Positions 29,628-41,152 of a DNA stretch of 64,000 bases are shown in pieces. This DNA is from Octopus vulgaris (lineage: Eukaryota): assembly GCA_951406725.2 (NCBI GenBank), contig OX597817.1:46252001-46316000 (forward strand), in the 5' to 3' direction. Position numbers and translations under genes: made by a program. Under the pieces are notes generated by a model. That model was given only the letters and a program-made list of their open reading frames with translations. It was not told the DNA's origin and did no database searches. Position 1 is the first letter of the stretch. Each line of letters starts with the position of its first letter.

Positions 29628-29734
29628 ATTTCTTATACGATGCACCGTTTCATCTGCTGATTAATGGTAAACTAACCTGATTAAATTAATTCAAGCCAAT
29701 CTTCCATAGGCCCTCAGATTCTTCAGTAAGAAAT
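29628..29734 (-). ncRNA. Type I hammerhead ribozyme, array copy
   Basis: Reverse complement reads ATTTCTTA-CTGAAGA-ATCTG...CAGAT-GAAA-CGGTGCATCG-TA-TAAGAAAT. Confidence 0.85.
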
Positions 29735-30094
29735 AGCCCAAGTCGGAACAGATATTTTCACGAGGCATTTCCGACCTTGCCAAGGTTATATCTGACCTAA
29801 AATTTTCAAATCGTCGCACTCGCGCCAAATTTATCGGCAGCAAATAAGTATAAGCCGTCGATTCCATTACGGAATTAACCAGAAAATTCATAATTAATCA
29901 ATATAGGGTGCCAAAAAAAATTTTGTAGAATTCTTTTGCCACCAGCGGCCTAGTGGGAGAAAATTAAATAGTCATAGACCATTTTTAAGTTCAACATCAA
30001 CAATCACCCACTAGAAATAACAGCCAAAGCTTCAACCGCAAATAAAAATTAATTCCGTAAACCAGGAGAAAATTTAAAAAACATTTACCCTGTA

Positions 30095-30201
30095 ATTTCT
30101 TATACGATGCACCGTTTCATCTGCTGATTAATGGTAAACTAACCTGATTAAATTGAATCAAGCCAATCTTCCATAGGCCCTCAGATTCTTCAGTAAGAAA
30201 T
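30095..30201 (-). ncRNA. Type I hammerhead ribozyme, array copy
   Basis: Same core and helices as 31298-31404, on the minus strand. Confidence 0.85.
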
Positions 30202-30821
30202 AGCCCAAGTCGGAACAGATATTTTCACGAGGCATTTCCGACCTTGCCAAGATTATATCTGACCTAAAATTTTCAAATCGTCGCACTCGCGCCAAATTTA
30301 TCGGCAGCAAATAAATATAAGCCGTCGATTCCATTACGGAATTAACCAGAAAATTCATAATTAATCAATATAGGGTGGCAAAAAAATTTTGTAGAATTTT
30401 TTTGCCACCAGCGGCCTAGTGGGAAAAAATTAAATAGTCATAGACCATTTTTAAGTTCAACATCAACAATCAAGGAACGGCCATAATAGGCCATTCACCC
30501 ACTAGAAATAACAGCCAAAGCTTCAACCGCAAATAAAAATTAATTCCGTAAACCAGGAGAAAATTTAAAAAACATTTACCTTGTAATTTCTTATACGATG
30601 CACATATGTATATGTATATATATATATCAACAATCAAGGAACGGCCATAATAGGCCAGCGGCCTAGTGGGAAAAAAATTAAATAGTCATAGACCATTTTT
30701 AAGTTCAACATCAACAATCAAGGAACGGCCATAATAGGCCATTCACCCACTAGAAATAACAGCCAAAGCTTCAACCGCAACTAAAAATTAATTCCGTAAA
30801 CCAGGAGAAAATTACCTTGTA

Positions 30822-30928
30822 ATTTCTTATACGATGCACCGTTTCATCTGCTGATTAATGGTAAACTAACCTGATTAAATTAAATCAAGCCAATCTTCCA
30901 TAGGCCCTCAGATTCTTCAGTAAGAAAT
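30822..30928 (-). ncRNA. Type I hammerhead ribozyme, array copy
   Basis: Same core and helices as 31298-31404, on the minus strand. Confidence 0.85.
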
Positions 30929-31297
30929 AGCCCAAGTCGGAACAGATATTTTCACGAGGCATTTCCGACCTTGCCAAGGTTATATCTGACCTAAAATTTT
31001 CAAATCGTCGCACTCGCGCCAAATTTATCGGCAGCAAATAAATATAAGCCGTCGATTCCATTACGGAATTAACCAGAAAATTCATAATTAATCAATATAG
31101 GGTGGCAAAAAAAAATTTTGTAGAATTTTTTTGCCACCAGCGGCCTAGTGGGAAAAAATTAAATAGTCATAGACCATTTTTAAGTTCAACATCAACAATC
31201 AAGGAACGGCCATAATAGGCCATTCACCCACTAGAAATAACAGCCAAAGCTTCAACCGCAAATATGCCTCGTGAAAATATCTGTTCCGACTTGGGCT

Positions 31298-31404
31298 ATT
31301 TCTTACTGAAGAATCTGAGGGCCTATGGAAGATTGGCTTGATTTAATTTAATCAGGTTAGTTTACCATTAATCAGCAGATGAAACGGTGCATCGTATAAG
31401 AAAT
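31298..31404 (+). ncRNA. Type I hammerhead ribozyme (predicted cleavage 3' of GUA at 31394-31396)
   Basis: Helix I ATTTCTTA(31298-305)/TAAGAAAT(31397-404), 8 perfect bp. Core CTGAAGA(31306-312). Helix II ATCTG(31313-317)/CAGAT(31376-380). GAAA(31381-384). Helix III A-U, C-G, G-C, G-U closing a TGCA loop. Cleavage triplet GUA. Confidence 0.88.
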
Positions 31405-31789
31405 TACAGGATAAATGTTTTTTAAATTTTCTCCTGGTTTACGGAATTAATTTTTATTTGCGGTTGAAGCTTTGGCTGTTATTTCTAGTGGGTGAATGGC
31501 CTATTATGGCCGTTCCTTGATTGTTGATGTTGAACTTAAAAATGGTCTATGACTATTTAATTTTTTCCCACTAGGCCGCTGGTGGCAAAAAAATTCTACA
31601 AAATTTTTTTTGCCACCCTATATTGATTAATTATGAATTTTCTGGTTAATTCCGTAATGGAATCGACGGCTTATATTTATTTGCTGCCGATAAATTTGGC
31701 ACGAGTGCGACGATTTGAAAATTTTAGGTCAGATATAACCTTGGCAAGGTCGGAAATGCCTCGTGAAAATATCTGTTCCGACTTGGGCT

Positions 31790-31896
31790 ATTTCTTACTG
31801 AAGAATCTGAGGGCCTATGGAAGATTGGCTTGAATTAATTTAATCAGGTTAGTTTACCATTAATCAGCAGATGAAACGGTGCATCGTATAAGAAAT
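31790..31896 (+). ncRNA. Type I hammerhead ribozyme, array copy (GUA 31886-31888)
   Basis: Identical core and helices, 492 bp downstream of the previous copy. Confidence 0.87.
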
Positions 31897-32281
31897 TACA
31901 GGGTAAATGTTTTTTAAATTTTCTCCTGGTTTACGGAATTAATTTTTATTTGCGGTTGAAGCTTTGGCTGTTATTTCTAGTGGGTGAATGGCCTATTATG
32001 GCGGTTCCTTGATTGTTGATGTTGAACTTAAAAATGGTCTATGACTATTTAATTTTTTCCCACTAGGCCGCTGGTGGCAAAAAAATTCTACAAAATTTTT
32101 TTTGCCACCCTATATTGATTAATTATGAATTTTCTGGTTAATTCCGTAATGGAATCGACGGCTTATATTTATTTGCTGCCGATAAATTTGGCGCGAGTGC
32201 GACGATTTGAAAATTTTAGGTCAGATATAACCTTGGCAAGGTCGGAAATGCCTCGTGAAAATATCTGTTCCGACTTGGGCT

Positions 32282-32388
32282 ATTTCTTACTGAAGAATCT
32301 GAAGGCCTATGGAAGATTGGCTTGATTTAATTTAATCAGGTTAGTTTAGCATTAATCAGCAGATGAAACGGTGCATCGTATAAGAAAT
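32282..32388 (+). ncRNA. Type I hammerhead ribozyme, array copy (GUA 32378-32380)
   Basis: Identical core; substitutions seen only in the helix II extension. Confidence 0.87.
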
Positions 32389-32772
32389 TACAGGGTAAAT
32401 GTTTTTTAAATTTTCTCCTGGTTTACGGAATTAATTTTTATTTGCGGTTGAAGCTTTGGCTGTTATTTCTAGTGGGTGAATGGCCTATTATGGCCGTTCC
32501 TTGATTGTTGATGTTGAACTTAAAAATGGTCTATGACTATTTAATTTTTTCCCACTAGGCCGCTGGTGGCAAAAAAATTCTACAAAATTTTTTTGGCACC
32601 CTATATTGATTAATTATGAATTTTCTGGTTAATTCCATAATGGAATCGACGGCTTATATTTATTTGCTGCCGATAAATTTGGCGCGAGTGCGACGATTTG
32701 AAAATTTTAGGTCAGATATAACCTTGGCAAGGTCGGAAATGCCTCGTGAAAATATCTGTTCCGACTTGGGCT

Positions 32773-32879
32773 ATTTCTTACTGAAGAATCTGAGGGCCTA
32801 TGGAAGATTGGCTTGATTTAATTTAATCAGGTTAGTTTACCATTAATCAGCAGATGAAACGGTGCATCGTATAAGAAAT
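32773..32879 (+). ncRNA. Type I hammerhead ribozyme, array copy (GUA 32869-32871)
   Basis: Identical core and helices. Confidence 0.87.
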
Positions 32880-33264
32880 TACAGGGTAAATGTTTTTTAA
32901 ATTTTCTCCTGGTTTACGGAATTAATTTTTATTTGCGGTTGAAGCTTTGGCTGTTATTTCTAGTGGGTGAATGGCCTATTATGGCCGTTCCTTGATTGTT
33001 GATGTTGAACTTAAAAATGGTCTATGACTATTTAATTTTTTCCCACTAGGCCGCTGGTGGCAAAAAAATTCTACAAAATTTTTTTTGGCACCCTATATTG
33101 ATTAATTATGAATTTTCTGGTTAATTCCGTAATGGAATCGACGGCTTATATTTATTTGCTGCCGATAAATTTGGCGCGAGTGCGACGATTTGAAAATTTT
33201 AGGTCAGATATAACCTTGGCAAGGTCGGAAATGTCTCGTGAAAATATCTGTTCCGACTTGGGCT

Positions 33265-33371
33265 ATTTCTTACTGAAGAATCTGAGGGCCTATGGAAGAT
33301 TGGCTTGATTTAATTTAATCAGGTTAGTTTACCATTAATCAGCAGATGAAACGGTGCATCGTATAAGAAAT
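33265..33371 (+). ncRNA. Type I hammerhead ribozyme, array copy (GUA 33361-33363)
   Basis: Identical core and helices; followed by a variant unit. Confidence 0.87.
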
Positions 33372-33991
33372 TACAAGGTAATTTTCTCCTGGTTTACGGA
33401 ATTAATTTTTAGTTGCGGTTGAAGCTTTGGCTGTTATTTCTAGTGGGTGAATGGCCTATTATGGCCGTTCCTTGATTGTTGATGTTGAACTTAAAAATGG
33501 TCTATGACTATTTAATTTTTTTCCCACTAGGCCGCTGGCCTATTATGGCCGTTCCTTGATTGTTGATATATATATATACATATACATATGTGCATCGTAT
33601 AAGAAATTACAAGGTAAATGTTTTTTAAATTTTCTCCTGGTTTACGGAATTAATTTTTATTTGCGGTTGAAGCTTTGGCTGTTATTTCTAGTGGGTGAAT
33701 GGCCTATTATGGCCGTTCCTTGATTGTTGATGTTGAACTTAAAAATGGTCTATGACTATTTAATTTTTTCCCACTAGGCCGCTGGTGGCAAAAAATTCTA
33801 CAAAATTTTTTTTGCCACCCTATATTGATTAATTATGAATTTTCTGGTTAATTCCGTAATGGAATCGACGGCTTATATTTATTTGCTGCCGATAAATTTG
33901 GCGCGAGTGCGACGATTTGAAAATTTTAGGTCAGATATAACCTTGGCAAGGTCGGAAATGCCTCGTGAAAATATCTGTTCCGACTTGGGCT

Positions 33992-34098
33992 ATTTCTTAC
34001 TGAAGAATCTGAGGGCCTATGGAAGATTGGCTTGATTTAATTTAATCAGGTTAGTTTACCATTAATCAGCAGATGAAACGGTGCATCGTATAAGAAAT
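33992..34098 (+). ncRNA. Type I hammerhead ribozyme, array copy (GUA 34088-34090)
   Basis: Identical core and helices. Confidence 0.87.
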
Positions 34099-34317
34099 TA
34101 CAGGGTAAATGTTTTTTAAATTTTCTCCTGGTTTACGGAATTAATTTTTATTTGCGGTTGAAGCTTTGTCTGTTATTTCTAGTGGGTGAATGGCCTATTA
34201 TGGCCGTTCCTTGATTGTTGATATATATATATACATATACATATGTGCACATATAGAATATATACAATACTTATGTATATATATATATTATATGTATATA
34301 CACTCATGTATATTATA

Positions 34318-35172
34318 TTAGGTCGTCAAGAATGAAATTTGAAGAAAAGAAAAACATGATTGCTAATGATTTATAAATACAAGGAATATTTGTATTCGTC
34401 AAAGTATGCACCCGTATTGTTAATATAATTTTGCTATTTAAGCGGTAGCTTGTCCAGTCCGGAATAGTAAAAGTCTGGAAATCTAGAGTCAATAAAATCT
34501 TGGAAGGCCTATTTTACAACATCATCGGAATTAAATTATTTTGCAAGAAAGAACTCATATTTCAGAACTGAACGTATTTCCGACTTATCCATCTCTAAAC
34601 AAAAATAGAAAAAAAAAAACGATTTATAAATCTCTCTCTATATAAACGGCAGTTTGTCTGTGTGTGTTTCTGTGTGTCTGTTTGGTTGTACCCTCACTCT
34701 GAGCACGGCTTTCAACCGATTCTGATGAAACTTGACACACACATAGCCCAATGTCATAATTCAAAACTAACGCAGTGAAAATTTTGAAAAGTTCCCCCAG
34801 TTCTGAAAAAGACCGATAAATTCGACATGGGGTCAACAATCAAAAACACAAACCACAGATGGTCTAGGGGACGCAACTCGACCTTTTTAACTATCAAAAA
34901 AAAATTTACCATAATTTTTTTTCCCATTTTTTTCCTATTTTTTGGCTATAACTCTCTAAAAATGCTTTATAGTTATTTTCCTTACAAACCCGAGCAACGC
35001 CGGGCGATACTGCTAGTACTTTATAAAGCGCGAAATGAGTTACAATAAAGAAATAGATGTGTCAGCTTTCTAACAAAAAATAAAGATTGTCAAAATATAA
35101 TAATGGCGCAAAATAAGTAGCCGTCAAAGTTTACCATATAACTTACAACAAATTTCGTACTTGACGACCTAA
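34318..35172 (-). mobile_element. Internally deleted mariner element
   Basis: TIRs TTAGGTCGTCAAGAATGAAATTTG / CAAATTTCGTACTTGACGACCTAA with TA on both sides. Minus translation AFQDFIDSRFPDFYYSGLDKLPLK*QNYINNTGAYFDE is a mariner C-terminus. Confidence 0.85.
34631..35016 (+). mobile_element. Non-autonomous Helitron nested in the mariner relic
   Basis: A|TC start; ends CCCGAGCAACGCCGGG...GCTAG|T. The 3' ~130 bp is shared with 26684-27078. Confidence 0.8.
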
Positions 35173-35189
35173 TATATATATATATATTG

Positions 35190-36055
35190 GTAGGACAAAA
35201 GAATGAAAGAGACCTCGATATTATGTAAATAGAGGAATTGATCTGTAAATGTAATATGTGACAATTATTCGGTAGGCATAATAAAACTCCGAGTTTCGGG
35301 TGACGAGGTGGAAATCCACGCCGCCATTTCTTCAGTTATCCGGCCATCGGAAAAGATGCTATGAAAATGACTGTCATACAAAGGGAAATTATTGTGTGAT
35401 TGACCGTTATTAAGACAAAAGAGCTATTTGAATGAGCGCTAAATGAGGGGAGGAAGTAAAATTAAGGGGGTATAAAAGTTCAATGTATTCGCGTAAGCGC
35501 GCATGTTCACACCTACACGTGTGTGCGTGAATGTATTTATGTGTGACGATTGCCTGTTATTCAAACCAACTGACGGTGTGCAGCTTCTACGACGACTACT
35601 AAATTCTGTCTTCTCTTTCAGATTCTATGCTCAATAATGACAATTGGCCTTGTTTAAAGAGACCATTCTTTAAACCCAACCACACGCTTTCAATGGCTAG
35701 CTGTCGTATTCTCTTTCAAGTGGCGAAGATTTATTTGTACCTTGATTTGGATGTTGGACGCTTGAATGGCTCTCAGTTACAAGTTATGAGTTCAACATCT
35801 AAAGGTTGACTGATATCTAGAGTGTTTATATCCCTTGCATTTCACCTCAATCACAGGTGTGTATAACGCGATACTCACACAATGCATGAACATAATAGCC
35901 ACATACCAATTAACTTCGCGGCATTTGCAGTCAGATCAAATTTCAGGTTGTCTTTCCTTCACTTCAGTTTTTAAGACGGGTCGTTTTCTAGAATATAAAG
36001 TAGGGGTCTGTTTGTATTACATTCACCCTCCGAACGAATTATAGGGCCTACTCAC
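35190..36055 (-). mobile_element. Penelope-like element relic: decayed GIY-YIG region plus pseudo-LTR with hammerhead (35280-35340)
   Basis: Minus fragments DCKCRE..WYVA and LRHLKENTT resemble a PLE GIY-YIG domain. Downstream: GATAA-CTGAAGA...GAAA-C tcgga G-TT-TTATT. Confidence 0.55.
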
Positions 36056-36139
36056 CTCATTCTGACAGGTCTCGAGGGAACTTGTATAATTAAAACTTTT
36101 GCTGACATCGAAACCACAATACCATTCACATAGCCCCTC

Positions 36140-36171
<32 letters not shown>

Positions 36172-36402
36172 TGTATGTATGTATGTATGTATGTATGTAT
36201 GTATGTATGTATGTATGTATGTATGCATGTATGAATGTATGTATGTATGTATGTATGTATGTATGTATGTATGCATGTATGTATGTATGTATGTATGTAT
36301 GTATGTTTGTGTGCATGTAAGTATGAGTCTAGTGAGTTCAGTACAATGAGTTACAGAAGTAAAAGATAAAAGGCAGAAAATATTGACTACTTAAGTAAAG
36401 TA

Positions 36403-36956
<554 letters not shown>

Positions 36957-37959
36957 TTGGATAAACTGAAAAGTAACCCAGCTGAAATCGACTCGAAATT
37001 CGAAACAAGGATTTCTCAGTTCTCTGTAATTAGTATCTGTACCTTTATTTCATGTATCGTGGGTGTATTTTACCCATTTCGTCCGGGTTTTATTAGCGTA
37101 CTGGCAATTTTCTTTCATGTTTATATGTAATCAATTGCCATTCAGAGAAGAATTCGTTATCCAGATCAGATTTACATAATGGCATGCGTATTGTGTTCGT
37201 AGATCTTCCAGATATTACTTTGATCTGAAACTGTTGCTGAGCTTGTAACCAGAAACAACTGTAAAATATGTATTATGAAGGCATTCGTACTTTTCTACTT
37301 TTTTTCCCCCCATCATATGCAACTAAAAGATACCTTTATTTCTCTTCGTTCATTGATCTAAATATAATTGCTCCTTTGATATCCATGCATAGGATCAATA
37401 ATGGTAGAAACAATCTCAAATACTTTATGGAATGGAATTGTACAAACACGCTTCAGAGACCTGAGGTTACATATTAGGATCCAATGTAACTATTGAAATC
37501 TCGAAACACTGAAAATCCCGAGAATTCACTCTTTTCAATATGTTTATGCCGTTTCTAATATCCACATTGTGATAAATTTCCAACTCATAAATCATTTTAA
37601 AGTATTTTGGTTGGGACCACAGTAAGGCCGCGTCACGGGTTTTTAAATGCTTTGCTTTCCTTTTGAGTTTTTACGATTATTTACATTGCCTGTTCTCACT
37701 CATGTTACATGTTCTCGTAAATTGTCGTTTCTCGTATAAGTCTCTTCCCATGGCGATTATTGCTGATATTTTCTATTGCTGTAGGTTTGATGCTTGTTTG
37801 CATCTGTTTACACTGTAACAATGTATAAACGAATTAGCAGAGCCGAAACAAAATGCTTTAACAATGTCCGGGTGACGATGGTTGGTCGGAGACATGAGAA
37901 AACATCTACCATGCATTGTCATGAATACATAGGAGAGATGCTATATGATATATGACATA

Positions 37960-38036
<77 letters not shown>

Positions 38037-38038
38037 TG

Positions 38039-38098
<60 letters not shown>

Positions 38099-39109
38099 TG
38101 TTATAAGGCTATGTATAATTTGTCGTGGTCAATAACGTGATGTATGCTGCAGTATTATGGTATTTTCCTGGCTATAAGAACTGGAGATATTTAATAGCAT
38201 GAATGAGCTTGACCACATCGAAACTGAATGGCTGATAGACATTGAGATCATATAAAGTTATTGAACACATACACGCGCACACGGCCAGACACTCTCCAGT
38301 GCACAATCACCCATGCACAACCATACACTCGAACTCACACACATACGCCCACACTTAGAAGCAGTCATGCATATGAATAGGTAAATCGCTATATTAAAGA
38401 ACGCAAACATTTATATGTATTTAATTTCTTATACTTACGTATATGCCGTTACAGCACTTGGGCTATTAACTTCTTGATGGAGTCGTAGAGGCGTTGTCGT
38501 GTCGATGTTGGCTTATACCTGGCTGAAATCATATCCCTTAGATATTTCTACGATCGATTACTTCCATAAAGAAAAAAAAAACAAATGCAAAAAGGAGAAA
38601 ATGGGGAGTAGAAAACTGGACACCAGTACGAGACTTGTATATTATTTATCGAATCGGAGGGGATTATAGAAAAATTGACCACGATGTCATTTGAACTCCA
38701 AGCATAGAAATGTATTGCTTACCGTAATGCTTTCCTCAATTCAATCTATTCATCGTCCTACCGACACTGACAGTTTGTCATGCATGGGTGCAGGTGAGTG
38801 TGTATGTATGTATATATTATGTATGTATGTATGTATTATGCATGTATGTATGTATGTATGTGTGTATGCATGCATTTATATAAGTATCTATTTATATGTA
38901 TTTATATATGCATGCACGTATGTGTGAATGTATGTGTGTATATATGTGTGTATAGACGCATGCACGCACACACACATATATAGACAGACAGATAGATAGA
39001 CAAATAGATACATAGGTAGATAGATATGTTTCTTTATTAGCCACTCAGGGCTAAACACAGAGGGGACAAATTACAAAGTAGAGCTTTTCTTTTTGGGGAG
39101 AAAATATAT

Positions 39110-39150
<41 letters not shown>

Positions 39151-41152
39151 CAGATAGACAGACAGATAGATATGTTTCTTTATTAGCCTTAAACACTGAT
39201 TGACATTTTTATCAAAGAACAGAAAATACACAAGTGTATACACTCATGTGCACACACGAGCAGGCGAACACGCTCGTATATTCGTAAAGCATTTTTTCCA
39301 AAGTCATACTCATGCGCATAAACACATTTATATATACATACGCACAATCGAACATACATGGACACGCGCAAATACATTGCATACAATCATACATACAAAC
39401 ACATACAATTATACACCGATTTAGAGACACTCGAAGGGAGCAGTCGCATTGTTGACTTGCGAGAGAGTTTAGTGAGTATATGCTGTATAGCTTCTCCAGC
39501 ATCAACGCTGAAGTTGCCAGTCTTATTAAGTTACTGGTTATTTTACTGATCATCCGGTGATAAATAATAATTTAGTCAAAATCGTAGAGGCATGTCACTC
39601 AAGCATGAAATACCCGTGCACGAATCTATTACGAAGACACTCGGATGAAAATGATAAAACGAAAGCTACCGAAGAAGTCCCGAGAACTAAGCATCGAATA
39701 AGGTAAACAAAATATTTCTTTCATTTTGGGATTTGGTTTGCAAGATTCTTTATATGAGTTTGTGTGTTGAAGCATATTCTGTTGTGTCTGGGGAGAGTCT
39801 TTTTCTTTTGGTGCATTTTAATGTAACACATTCACCAACACAAAAAGAAGGCACGATGGATAGATTGGTTTGCGGAATGCATTTCGGTAACCAATTCATT
39901 TCTACGCTTTGAGTTCAAATGCATCGAGGTCAATTTTTCTATAATCCCCTCAGATTCGATAAATAATGTACAAATCCCGAATTGGCATCCAGTTTTCTTC
40001 TTGCCATCTTTTCCCTTTTGTATCTGTTTTTTAAGGCACAAAGAGAAAATGACTCTCCCCAGACACAACAAAATTTTTCTCCTTTTACGTATCGAAGAAA
40101 TCAATTTCGTGGAGATGTGAACACAATAACGATCTGTGTGATTGTTATAAAGTGGCAAAATAAAATTCCTTCAGGTGGAAGTATGAAAAGAATGAGATCA
40201 TAATGGGACGAGCTTAATCGTTTTACCACCAAGCAATTACGTCAACGGGTGAGATTTGTTGAACGAAAGAATATCGATTATGGTTATTTGTGTTCGAAAA
40301 ATTACGAGTGTAAATGTTTTCTCCAAAATACAAACACGTTACACGTGAGCTTTGTTCTAGATCAGGTATGACTTTGACAATCACCGATGTCCTTCTTTCA
40401 ATAACGCTGCCTATCAAATCAGGCTGACTTCTACTCTTTCCATGTCAGAAAGTATCCTAGGTGACTGCCAGCTTACTATCAGTGAATCTAGCAACCATCG
40501 AGCAACAATATTCTCCTGTTCGACACACAGAGAGAGTATTATAAACATTTGAAGGATTTTCTCAACGAAATTGGGATTGAGAAAATACCACAACAAAGAA
40601 AAAAGAACAAAGAACGAAATAGACTGATTCCCACTAAATCAAGGGAGATTATTAACAATGTTGAAACTCATTTTGGCAAATTAACGCTTGTTTATAAGCT
40701 CTTTCAACAACTTCTACAGGGTACTACCTTGGAGATACTGAATGATCAAAGAAAGCTAAATCAATAAAAACATGCTGTCGAGGGTTGAGAAAATAGAATA
40801 AAAGGATCTTTGTTCTACGGAGAACTATCTCTCATGTGACGTTGTTTATTACATGCATGTAGGGAAATCTATATATTTCCCACCATCAAAGAAAGAAAAG
40901 TAAAATAGAAACAATATTTGGAGATTGTAAACAGAGTATTTGAGGGGAGATTGATCAACATCAAACAGGCACAAAAAGATGTCGACGGCAAAAGAAACAA
41001 AACCACCATGAGAAAAGAAAAGCTGAAATTAAATGTAAAAATAGTATAACCAAAATAGATTGGCAATTATAAGGGAGCAGTCAATAAATATATCACTGAG
41101 ATCACTTCATGGACTAAAGTCTCGAAGGAAGCAAAGGAGTTTCGTTAGATTG

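Larger units (their letters stand above)
29396..34222. mobile_element. Tandem/inverted array of ~492 bp hammerhead-ribozyme-containing monomers (candidate non-LTR retrozyme / ribozyme satellite)
   Basis: Near-identical units. Equivalent positions at 31633, 32125, 32616, 33108, 33835 (+) and 31085, 30358, 29891 (-) give periods of 492/491/492/727 and 727/467. Orientation flips at ~31264. Both ends abut (TA)n. Every complete unit carries a hammerhead motif. Confidence 0.9.

Noticed and set aside
31633-31833. 66 aa ORF (MNFLVNSVMEST...) repeated eight times in the array
   Set aside because: Its recurrence follows from near-identical repeat units. It has no recognisable domain, shows several amino-acid-changing variants, and overlaps the ribozyme, whose structure explains the constraint. 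A peptide cannot be formally excluded.
29396-34222. Array as a CRISPR locus or an snRNA/rRNA/tRNA tandem cluster
   Set aside because: No unique spacers and the context is eukaryotic. No 5S, U snRNA or tRNA motifs were recognised in the monomer.
34722-34732. CTGATGAAAC resembling a hammerhead core
   Set aside because: There is no helix II between CTGATGA and GAAA; it is part of a Helitron interior motif.
39638-39672. TCGG-ATGA...GAAA-GC-TA-CCGA possible hammerhead relic
   Set aside because: The core CTG is missing and no helix II forms; too degenerate to support.
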